A stretch of DNA of 58,564 nucleotides, from positions 1 through 58,564 of the forward strand of contig JAYYJN010000130.1 in the NCBI GenBank assembly GCA_036146215.1. The letters are read 5' to 3'. The position numbers were made by a program, and so were the translations under genes. Source of the stretch: Planctomycetota bacterium (GTDB lineage: Bacteria > Planctomycetota > Planctomycetia > Pirellulales > UBA7805). The number at the start of each line of letters is the position of its first letter. The stretch's first letter is position 1. The notes below the pieces were generated by a model. It saw nothing but the letters and a program-made list of their open reading frames with translations. It searched no databases and was not told where the DNA came from. Positions 1-8,182 of this stretch are shown one piece after another.

Positions 1-215
1 ACGTACTGTCGCTGGCTTTCCGCACAGAGTGTGTCGCGGGCGAGGCTGCTTTTTCCCGATCCGCTTGGCCCGGTAATCACGACAAGTTGATTACGAGGAA
101 TCTCAAGGTCGATGTCTTTCAGGTTGTGAACCCGCGCACCATAGATGCGGATTGCTGCGGCTTCACGCTGATCTGCCTTCTTCGTCTTTGCAACCTGATC
201 CGATTTTAAACCCAT
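1..215 (-). CDS. uvrA: Excinuclease ABC subunit A (UvrA), first 71 codons only; the gene runs off the left edge
   Basis: Absent from the ORF track because it has no stop in the window. My reverse-complement translation from the ATG at 215-213 reads [71 protein letters not shown]. This matches the UvrA N-terminal signature ([32 protein letters not shown]) including Walker A. Confidence 0.85.
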   Translation of the reverse strand, partial: MGLKSDQVAKTKKADQREAAAIRIYGARVHNLKDIDLEIPRNQLVVITGPSGSGKSSLARDTLCAESQRQY

Positions 216-486
216 CAGTGATTTCACCTTGCAATTTGAGATGCATTTTAGGAGTCAGTCGCAACAGCGTTTCTCTCTGAAACGATTCGATAGTGCCCTA
301 CAGTCCAGGCACCGTATCACAAAGCACCTCTCGGGAACAACCGACAGGCGATGATGCAGTTTTGCTCACCTGCGATTTACAGAACGAACGTTACCGCTTG
401 GCACCTTCGGTCTGGGCGGCTATTATCAGAACTTCATTTGCTCGTTGTTCGCACGAGGGCTCAGGGGCGTTTTTCGGGAAAAAATT

Positions 487-1020
487 ATGCGGCATGTGAT
501 CTCAGCGTTGGTGCAAAATGTTCCTGGTGTGCTTGCGCACGTTGCCGGAATGTTCGCCTCGCGGGGCTACAATATTGATAGTCTCGCGGTCGGTGAAACC
601 GAGAGCGCGGACCTCTCGCGGATGACATTTGTTGTAGTCGGTGACCATGGCACCCTCGCGCAGGTGCGCAAACAACTCGAAAAAATTGTCACTGTTGTTC
701 GTGTTGATGATATCAGCGCACAGGATTTTGTTGAGCGAGATTTAATGTTGCTCAAGGTGCGTGCCAGCGCGGGTGAGCAACGGAGTGAGATTAGGGAATT
801 AACCGATATTTTTCGGGGTCGCATTGTCGACGTGAGTCAAGATGCACTCATGATTGAAATTTCGGGCAAGGAGTGCAAAATCGAGGCCTTCATTGATCTG
901 ATTCGCCCCTTCGGTATCACGGAGTTGGTAAGGACCGGGCGAATTGCGTTGGTTCGCGGGCAAAATCAGGCGCATTCTGACGCATCCGAATCGGAAGGCA
1001 AACAAGTCGATATCGGATAG
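487..1020 (+). CDS. ilvN: Acetolactate synthase small (regulatory, ACT-domain) subunit
   Basis: The ORF is 445..1020. A homology-consistent start is the ATG at 487 (MRHVISALVQNVPGVLAHVAGMFASRGYNIDSLAVGETE...), the typical IlvN/IlvH N-terminus. It lies directly upstream of ilvC. Confidence 0.9.
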   Translation: MRHVISALVQNVPGVLAHVAGMFASRGYNIDSLAVGETESADLSRMTFVVVGDHGTLAQVRKQLEKIVTVVRVDDISAQDFVERDLMLLKVRASAGEQRSEIRELTDIFRGRIVDVSQDALMIEISGKECKIEAFIDLIRPFGITELVRTGRIALVRGQNQAHSDASESEGKQVDIG

Positions 1021-1112
1021 GTGTATCACCGCTAAATAGCTCACTTAACTTTTCCCAAAAAATACTTCCTCAAAATGAGGCAACCAAACAAGAGATAGGA
1101 AAACAGGTAATT

Positions 1113-2117
1113 ATGGCCGCGGAAATTTTTTACGACGCCGACGCTGATCAAACGCTGCTGGAGAGCAAAAAAATTGCGATTCTCGGTTATGGTTCCCAAG
1201 GGCATGCCCACGCTCAGAATTTGCGGGACAGTGGTTGTCACGTGATTGTGGGCACGCGAGGGAAAGGCCCGAGTCATGAACTGGCGGAAAGCCATGGGTT
1301 TCAACCGGTGTCGCTTCGACAAGCGGCCGAAGAGGCAGATATTGTGAATTTGCTTCTCCCTGATGAGAGGCAGGGTGATGTGTACGAGCAAGACGTGCTG
1401 CCCGTTATAGCCCCAGGCACCATTCTGATGTGCTCGCACGGATTCAATTTGCATTTCGGATATGTCACCGCCCCCGATGGAGTCGCTACATTGCTCGTCG
1501 CGCCGAAGGGACCGGGGCATCTGGTTCGCAGCGAATATTTGGCGGGGGGAGGGGTTCCATGTTTGGTGGCCGTTGGAAATCCGGATGATGAAGCGACCTT
1601 TCAAATCGGTCTGGCCTATGCGAGTGCCATTGGCGGAGGCCGCGCAGGAATTATTCGCACCACGATTGCCGAAGAAACTGAAACTGATCTTTTTGGTGAA
1701 CAGGCAGTCCTGTGCGGTGGTCTCAGTGCTCTGATCAAGGCAGGTTTTGACACTCTCGTGGAGGCAGGCTACCAGCCGGAAATGGCCTATTTTGAATGCA
1801 TGCATGAGGTGAAGTTAATTGTTGACCTCTTCTACCAAGGAGGGCTCAACTATATGCGGTACAGCATTAGTAATACGGCGGAGTACGGTGACTATACTCG
1901 CGGTGACCGAATTATTACCGACGAGACGCGGGCAGAGATGAAGAAAATTCTGGCCGAAATTAAGAGCGGCCAGTTTGCTCGTGAGTGGATCGATGAAAAT
2001 CGATCTGGTGCGAGTCGTTTCGAAGCGCAACGAAAAGCAGATCGCACCCATGGTGTCGAGCAGATTGGTAAGGATCTTCGACGCCTCATGTCCTGGATTG
2101 ATGAAAAAGAGGTGTGA
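1113..2117 (+). CDS. ilvC: Ketol-acid reductoisomerase (class I, 334 aa)
   Basis: KIAILGYGSQGHAHAQNLRDSG NADP-binding motif. Full-length KARI-like sequence (GFNLHFG, LFGEQAVLCGG, EYGDY). Confidence 0.95.
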   Translation: MAAEIFYDADADQTLLESKKIAILGYGSQGHAHAQNLRDSGCHVIVGTRGKGPSHELAESHGFQPVSLRQAAEEADIVNLLLPDERQGDVYEQDVLPVIAPGTILMCSHGFNLHFGYVTAPDGVATLLVAPKGPGHLVRSEYLAGGGVPCLVAVGNPDDEATFQIGLAYASAIGGGRAGIIRTTIAEETETDLFGEQAVLCGGLSALIKAGFDTLVEAGYQPEMAYFECMHEVKLIVDLFYQGGLNYMRYSISNTAEYGDYTRGDRIITDETRAEMKKILAEIKSGQFAREWIDENRSGASRFEAQRKADRTHGVEQIGKDLRRLMSWIDEKEV

Positions 2118-2185
2118 TGTAAATAAAGAGAGAGTAGCTCATCACTCTGGTCACAATGCCGCAATTATCGTTTTGATTTTAAGAT

Positions 2186-2782
2186 ATGGCTCAGCTTTAC
2201 TTTTATTATTCGGCCATGAATGCAGGTAAGAGCACCACCTTGCTTCAATCGGCCCACAATTATCGGGAACGAGGCATGCATGCCATGCTTTTTACTCCTG
2301 CATTAGATGATCGAATGGGTAGTAGGAAAATTCATTCTCGAATTGGAATCACTGCCGAGGCCACTGCGTTTGCGGAAGCCTACGACTTTTTCGACGCGAT
2401 TAGCAAGGCACAGCAAACTCAACCCGTACATTGCGTGTTGATCGATGAAGCCCAATTTCTCACTGCACCGCAAGTGCTGCAGCTGACGCAGGTTTGCGAT
2501 CAACTTTCGATACCGGTTCTCTGTTATGGAATTCGGACCGATTTTCGTGGCGAACCCTTTGAGGGGAGTAAATACTTGCTCGCTTGGGCAGATAATCTAA
2601 TCGAGATCAAAACAATCTGTCGTAGTGGAAAAAAAGCGACCATGAACGCACGCTTAGATAAAGCGGGCAACCGGGTGACCGAAGGCGAGCAAATTGATAT
2701 TGGGCACCATTATGAAGCTCTCAGTCGAAAAGAGTTTCATCTGGAGGAAGTCTCTCCCGTGATTCGCAAGACCTGCAAATGA
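2186..2782 (+). CDS. tdk: Thymidine kinase
   Basis: MAQLYFYYSAMNAGKST P-loop, IDEAQF motif, C-terminal Zn-ribbon-like region. The 198-aa length is typical of type II TK. Confidence 0.9.
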   Translation: MAQLYFYYSAMNAGKSTTLLQSAHNYRERGMHAMLFTPALDDRMGSRKIHSRIGITAEATAFAEAYDFFDAISKAQQTQPVHCVLIDEAQFLTAPQVLQLTQVCDQLSIPVLCYGIRTDFRGEPFEGSKYLLAWADNLIEIKTICRSGKKATMNARLDKAGNRVTEGEQIDIGHHYEALSRKEFHLEEVSPVIRKTCK

Positions 2783-2860
2783 AACACTGTGGATCGCTCC
2801 ATGGCTATCGGAAAGCTTCAGAGATTACCGCGTGATGGGTAATCAGTAGGGTGTGTTTCA

Positions 2861-3997
2861 ATGCCGATAGATAACAATTTTGCGCACCAGTCGTATGATG
2901 CAGGAGTGCCTAAAGCATCCTACGAGATTCTATCCATGGAGCCGCTTCCAAAGATTGAAACTGATGAATATCGCAATCGCATGCACGCGGTGGGCGATGT
3001 TTTTGAGCGTGCGAACGTCGGCGCCATTGTGTTAATTCATGGAACATTTGTGGGAAATGATCCTTGGGGGCTGGCCGCCATGTTTGTTGGTCACAATCGC
3101 AGACGCTATGAAAAATGGTGTCAGTGGCAGAAAGGTGTTGCCGACCGAGTCGTTAAGGATCGCGGTAATTTTCCCTCACATTACGTCTCACGATTAGCCA
3201 ATGATTTGGGTCCCTCGCGATCATTTTCAGTTTCGCGTTTTCTGTGGTCGGGCATCAACAACCATGCCGGCCGTGCCTTCGCAGCTGTTGATCTTCACCG
3301 CTATCTTTGCGAAATCGATCTGCCTCGCGATAAACGAATCATACTCTGCGGTCACAGCCACGGTGGCAATGTGCTTGCGTTGTTGACGAATCTGTTTGCC
3401 TCAGATCTCAGCAGCTTGGAGGCGTTTCTAGAGGCTGTCGGAGAATATGCTCAAACATTCGATGCCCAATGGCGGTGTGCTGCCCGCCAGGTGCTAGAGG
3501 GCCCAAGGCTTACTGAGCAGCACCCAATTGATCTGGTGACATTTGGCATGCCGATTCGATACGGTTTCGAAACGACCGGTTATGCAAACCTCATGCACTT
3601 CGTCAACCATCGACCAGGTAAGCTTCGACCCCCGTATCGCGTAGCGGGACCGATAACGCTCGGTGGTATGTTCGCTGCATCGCATGGAGACTATATTCAC
3701 GAGCTGGGGATTGCAGGATCCAACTTTTCCACGCCATTCAGCCGAGCTCTCTGGAAATGCGATCGGCGTCTTGCGGGCCAAGTGGCGAAAGGTTTGCCTT
3801 GGAGAGAGCTTCCAAGACGCATGGCAAAAGGCATGCGGGTTGCTGAGGAGGGCCATACGCTCCTGATCGACTACCGACGACCCGGCGGTCAATGGTGGCG
3901 GAGTGGGATGGGGCACGCCGAATACACCCACGTCGATAAGATGCTTTTCCATTTCGAACGTGTGGCGCGACGCTTCTACCCGCACTCTGATGACTGA
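2861..3997 (+). CDS. Alpha/beta-hydrolase-fold protein (lipase/esterase-like), function unknown
   Basis: VLIHGTF followed by the nucleophile-elbow-like CGHSHGGNV (G-x-S-x-G). No closer family recognised. Confidence 0.5.
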   Translation: MPIDNNFAHQSYDAGVPKASYEILSMEPLPKIETDEYRNRMHAVGDVFERANVGAIVLIHGTFVGNDPWGLAAMFVGHNRRRYEKWCQWQKGVADRVVKDRGNFPSHYVSRLANDLGPSRSFSVSRFLWSGINNHAGRAFAAVDLHRYLCEIDLPRDKRIILCGHSHGGNVLALLTNLFASDLSSLEAFLEAVGEYAQTFDAQWRCAARQVLEGPRLTEQHPIDLVTFGMPIRYGFETTGYANLMHFVNHRPGKLRPPYRVAGPITLGGMFAASHGDYIHELGIAGSNFSTPFSRALWKCDRRLAGQVAKGLPWRELPRRMAKGMRVAEEGHTLLIDYRRPGGQWWRSGMGHAEYTHVDKMLFHFERVARRFYPHSDD

Positions 3998-4037
3998 CTA
4001 CCGAAATCTCTGACGAGATCTTCGTTGAATCCCAATT

Positions 4038-4910
4038 TTAGGGGGAAGCGCGTTTCCCACTGTTCGCAACTGCGATGGGGATCGCAATGGCTGCGGCGAT
4101 TCCACATGCGATGAATATATCGCGAATCTCAGGATTCCAGCTCCAGCCCTGAATGCCTGAACTGACGACCTGTGGCTGGGCGTAAGGTCCTGGTGGCGGA
4201 CCTTGTACGGTTCCAGGCACGACAGTACCGGGAACTGCTTCTTCATACTGGACCATTTGGCCTTGAGGGCCGGTTGTAGGCATGGTGGTCGCCAGCGGCT
4301 GGGCGCGTGTTGCACGATTCGGCGGACATTTGCTCGCCTGAGTTATGTTCGGTTGACAACCGGGCGGGCAGATGGTTTGGCAAACGGTTCGGCATCCAGT
4401 TTGACAATTATTGTTGCATCCGGTGTTGCATCCAGTGTTGCATCCAGTGTTGCATCCAGTGTTGCATCCAGTTGAGCATCCGACTTGGCAACCTGTCTGT
4501 TGACCGCGTACGAGCGGGCCACCGGTGATGATGATGGCACTGCTGCGGGCCGAAGGAGGCGCCATGCCTGCTTGCCAGAGTCGACAGGTGGCCGTGCCTG
4601 AGGGCCCCGCAATTTGGTGTACACCACCGCGAAGTCCACCGATTTGAAACGCGCCATTGGCATCTGTTTTTGCACGAGCGATTTCTAAGCGGTCATGGAG
4701 AATGGTCACCGAGGCGTTTTCCACAGGCTGGGCCTGGGAATCTACCAATCGACCCTCTAGTAATCCACCACTTGCAAGGCGAATATCGGAAATGGCAGCC
4801 TGCGATTTGGCGTTTGTTTGCGTTTGTGCCGCAAAGAGCGGGTGAGGACCGATCATCATCACCACGGCTGCTGCCGCCGCCATCCATTGGATATATCGAA
4901 GCGTTTTCAT
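4038..4910 (-). CDS. Secreted/anchored protein: signal peptide, CarboxypepD_reg-like beta-sandwich, (x-x-x-C)n cysteine array including TGCN x5, Pro-rich region, C-terminal hydrophobic anchor
   Basis: N-terminus MKTLRYIQWMAAAAAVVMMIGPHPLFAAQ (signal). GRLVDSQAQPVENASVTILHDR...TDANGAFQIGGL is carboxypeptidase-regulatory-like. The array reads QTGCQVGCSTGCNTGCNTGCNTGCNTGCNNNCQTGCRTVCQTICPPGCQ. The C-terminus is IFIACGIAAAIAIPIAVANSGKRASP. Confidence 0.7.
   Translation of the reverse strand: MKTLRYIQWMAAAAAVVMMIGPHPLFAAQTQTNAKSQAAISDIRLASGGLLEGRLVDSQAQPVENASVTILHDRLEIARAKTDANGAFQIGGLRGGVHQIAGPSGTATCRLWQAGMAPPSARSSAIIITGGPLVRGQQTGCQVGCSTGCNTGCNTGCNTGCNTGCNNNCQTGCRTVCQTICPPGCQPNITQASKCPPNRATRAQPLATTMPTTGPQGQMVQYEEAVPGTVVPGTVQGPPPGPYAQPQVVSSGIQGWSWNPEIRDIFIACGIAAAIAIPIAVANSGKRASP
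4413..4472. repeat. Perfect or near-perfect 12-bp tandem repeat x5 (gttgcatccNgt) inside CDS 4038..4910, encoding TGCN units
   Basis: Read directly: gttgcatccggt, then gttgcatccagt x4. The array is flanked by degenerate copies of the same 12-bp period. Confidence 0.9.
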
Positions 4911-5150
4911 GGTTCTCTACCTTGTGCGACCGTTGTTTCCACGCATTAGATGCATGGATAAGTTGGCTCTTAAATCCGGTTTGCGGCCTTTCAATGGCCT
5001 GAAAAACAAACTTGTAATTGTGATCTGCGGCGCAGAATTGGCACCACGGAACGAAAACTACTATCGGACAGTTTGGTGGTATAATCGTAATAAAAAGTAA
5101 AATCCGTAGAAATTTCTCGACAATTACAGATATCCTATTTTCGCTAAATG

Positions 5151-5173
5151 ACCGTCTCTCTCCATGAGACGGT
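5151..5173. other. 8-bp perfect hairpin (ACCGTCTC-7 nt-GAGACGGT) in the 450-bp gap between two minus-strand genes; orientation and function ambiguous
   Basis: On the plus strand it is followed by tctgtttgactctttc (T-rich). On the minus strand it is followed by catttagcg (poor T-tract). It could terminate the 5363..6418 transcript or an unannotated plus-strand RNA. Confidence 0.3.
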
Positions 5174-5362
5174 TCTGTTTGACTCTTTCACTATTACACC
5201 GATAGCGTGTGATGTGCCGAGAGAGCGGGTTTACTAGCAACACCAGCAGGTGTTCATTGCAGAGCGTGCTTGTGCAACATCCTCGCCAAGCATGGACATC
5301 AAGAAACTGGCCATTAACATTGCCAGCGAGAGAAGTCTTAGAGACACGGGCCTATACCGAGG

Positions 5363-6418
5363 TCAACGCCCTTGAGAATTAGTCTCGCCACCTGGAACCG
5401 TACGGCGTGCGGTGGCTTCTGCTGGCATCTCGACAATTTTTTGCCATCCGAAGGGCACGCTCGGTGGAGCAAACAGTCGTTTGATACCTTCAAAGGGATC
5501 ATTAATGACAACATTGGAAAACTCGTAAGTCGCATAGGTGTCGCCCGGATCATACACCCGCAAGGCGATCGGTTCGAACGTGTTGCGATCGAGACGTAAA
5601 ATCGCCTCTCGAAAATTTCCGGAGTCCGTTTTTGTGCGCGGCACGGCATCCACCCAGATTTCCTTTTGCGCATATTCTCGAGGGGTAACGATGCAGAGGA
5701 AATATCGCTTTTTCAGGTCTGCTGCTTGAGATCCGAAGAGAAATGGAAGCGGGGTGTTTCGAATCGCCTCTCCTTGCATTTCCTCAGGAATTCGACGTTC
5801 GATAACCCGTTTGTTTTTATGATCGTGCTGCCAGATTGAGGCCCCATCACACACCCAATGCTCGCCATGGATATCTTTTGCGGCCTTATACTCACCCGTT
5901 TTCGTGTCGAGATTCATAACTCGGGTGACGCGAAACGTTCCTTTGTCAGGATTGGCATACTTTAGATCACCGTTATTTACAACAAGTGGAACATCTTTAA
6001 ATTGTGGAAGTTCAAACGCTGGATTGTAATTCCATCGCACAAATTCACAGCGGAAAGTTTTGGTCTCTTTTGTCCGATCCTGCCAGGTTTCTAGCACCTT
6101 CGCCAGGTATTGCTCCTGTTGGGGTGTCAAGTGAAAGCGTCCTGGCAGTTTATCTGAGTTGATCGCTTCAGGTGCATTCCCTGCATTAGCAATCCCATCG
6201 GCGTGACGCTCTGTTGCTCCTTGGACATCGCTAGCGCGAGCAGGCGGTTCTGCCGACACCATCATGCAGTTGAAGTTAAGAGTGATCAGTGCGATTCCCG
6301 TAGCCGTCGCATGCTGAAGGACTTGTGCAAGCAGATTGAATCGTTCAACAAATTGCGTTGCTTGGTGCATGAATTCTTTTCGCGTGATCATTTTGAAGAG
6401 GCTCAGCGGTTTGGTCAC
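5363..6418 (-). CDS. Hypothetical exported protein with LolA-like (lipoprotein-carrier-like) sequence pattern
   Basis: Hydrophobic N-terminal segment (GIALITLNFNCMMVSA). The C-terminal ~220 aa show a LolA/outer-membrane lipoprotein-sorting-like pattern (FRCEF...GDLKYANPDKGTFRV...HWVCDGASIWQHDHKNKRV...PLPFLFG). Family assignment is from memory only. Confidence 0.5.
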   Translation of the reverse strand: MTKPLSLFKMITRKEFMHQATQFVERFNLLAQVLQHATATGIALITLNFNCMMVSAEPPARASDVQGATERHADGIANAGNAPEAINSDKLPGRFHLTPQQEQYLAKVLETWQDRTKETKTFRCEFVRWNYNPAFELPQFKDVPLVVNNGDLKYANPDKGTFRVTRVMNLDTKTGEYKAAKDIHGEHWVCDGASIWQHDHKNKRVIERRIPEEMQGEAIRNTPLPFLFGSQAADLKKRYFLCIVTPREYAQKEIWVDAVPRTKTDSGNFREAILRLDRNTFEPIALRVYDPGDTYATYEFSNVVINDPFEGIKRLFAPPSVPFGWQKIVEMPAEATARRTVPGGETNSQGR

Positions 6419-6625
6419 CCAATCGCCATTGGCGAATGTGAGCTAATCCGCTGGTTCAACCTGTCTGCAGACTCGAGGGATGACCTCAAATTCGGCGGGA
6501 TTCTAGCAGGAGCATGGGCACATCCCTAGTCCATTTTGTTACTATCCCGTAGAGGCAAAAACTAAAAGGATTAAGCAACCTTTGCCTAGATTGCCAGAGG
6601 CGAGCAGATATGAGAGCATCAAATA

Positions 6626-7969
6626 ATGTGCCAGCAGTCCTTGAAGATCGTCTCGTTGACCCCGGGTGCCGGCGGTTCCATCTGCGGAAGCTGCCTGAAT
6701 GACAATATGCTGGCAGGGGCAATGAAGGGTGAGGGGCATGAGGTTGTTCTGGTGCCTCTGTACACGCCAATCACGACTGATGAGGAGAACATGAGTTCCG
6801 CGCCGTTATTTTTTGGCGGTGTCAATGTTTATCTGCAACAACATCTGGGACTCTTTCGCCATCTGCCGAAATTTTTAGATCGACCACTCGATTCGCCTCG
6901 GTTTGTTTCTTCATTGGCCAGGTTACCGGCATCCAAGGACGCCAATCACCTAGCCGCGCTTACACTTTCGATGGTCCGCGGTGAGCATGGTCGTCAGCGA
7001 AAAGAAGTTGATCGTTTGGTCGACTGGATGCGACATGAAACCCATCCTGATATTATTCATTTCAGCAATCTCCTGATTGCGGGATCTGTCCGCGAAATCA
7101 AACGAGTGCTATCGGTTCCGGTGATTGTCACTTTGCAAGGAGACGACGTTTTTCTCGACAGTATATCGGAACCGGCTCGCTCGGAAATTGTAGAAGAAAT
7201 GCGCAAATTGGCTCTGGAAGTTGATCGGTTTATTGTCCACAGCCAATTTTATGCTGAAAAAATGGCTCATTATTTCAACATACCTCCGGAGCGGATCACA
7301 CAGGTCCCACTCGGCATTGATGCTACCGATTACTTTCCTTCAGAGTCTGATATTAAAGCAAAATTCAGCTCGCCCGCTCATAGGCGGATAGGCTATTTAG
7401 CTCGGATCTGTCCAGCGAAGGGCCTGCACTTACTCACGGATGCTTTTATTGAACTCAAACAGCAGGGATCCTTCGATGACCTTGTCTTGTGGGCCGCCGG
7501 CGACCTAAGCAACGCGGATCGCCCTTACTTTCTCGAACAGAAGAACAAGTTAAAGGCCGCTGGCTGTAGCGAGCAATTTTTTTATGCAGGTCGTTTGAGT
7601 CGAGAAGAAAAGATTGATTTTCTTGGCCAACTCGATTTATTTTCCGTTCCTGCACCTTATCAAGAACCGAAGGGACGATATGTCCTCGAGGCTCTTGCCC
7701 GAGGGGTCCCGGTGGTGCAACCGGCCCACGGTGCGTTTCCTGAACTACTGGCTCGAATCGGTGGCGGACAACTTTTTCCCCCTGGCGATTCACAGGCGCT
7801 CACGAAAGTTCTGGCCGATCTACTCAACAATCCAGGCAGGCGGGCGCAACTTGCCGCAGAGGGACCGGAAGGTGTCCGAACCGGTGCCTGCGCCCGGCAC
7901 GCGGCAAAGGCAACCGTCGATACATACAGACAAGTCATTGAAAGTCAGGGCTTACGCGAGTGTCATTAG
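6626..7969 (+). CDS. Glycosyltransferase, GT4/GT-B fold
   Basis: N-terminus KIVSLTPGAGGS. C-terminal GT1/GT4 signature ...PAPYQEPKGRYVLEALARGVPVVQPAHGAFPELL (E-x7-E region). Confidence 0.8.
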   Translation: MCQQSLKIVSLTPGAGGSICGSCLNDNMLAGAMKGEGHEVVLVPLYTPITTDEENMSSAPLFFGGVNVYLQQHLGLFRHLPKFLDRPLDSPRFVSSLARLPASKDANHLAALTLSMVRGEHGRQRKEVDRLVDWMRHETHPDIIHFSNLLIAGSVREIKRVLSVPVIVTLQGDDVFLDSISEPARSEIVEEMRKLALEVDRFIVHSQFYAEKMAHYFNIPPERITQVPLGIDATDYFPSESDIKAKFSSPAHRRIGYLARICPAKGLHLLTDAFIELKQQGSFDDLVLWAAGDLSNADRPYFLEQKNKLKAAGCSEQFFYAGRLSREEKIDFLGQLDLFSVPAPYQEPKGRYVLEALARGVPVVQPAHGAFPELLARIGGGQLFPPGDSQALTKVLADLLNNPGRRAQLAAEGPEGVRTGACARHAAKATVDTYRQVIESQGLRECH

Positions 7970-8182
7970 CCCAATAGCCTCGATCGCTCCAAGACACATT
8001 TCATGACTGCATTGCTGTTGACTGCATTGCAGGCAGAATAAAGGGTCTTTCTGCTATCGATTCGATCTGGCGAGCGGCAGAACTCTCTGCCTATAATCCC
8101 GCCCCTCATTTTTTACAAAGTCCTTTAAGGACAATACGTTTGCACAGATGACTGCGGAAGCGACGGACAAGGAGGTCCGTAA

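Noticed and set aside
1041-1805. 254-aa minus-strand ORF
   Set aside because: It is antisense to ilvC, whose homology is clear on the plus strand.
4909-5100. 63-aa plus-strand ORF in the gap between two minus-strand genes
   Set aside because: It has no RBS, an odd composition (W/N/K-rich end) and no motif. It is probably non-coding, although the nearby hairpin (5151-5173) leaves open an unannotated RNA.
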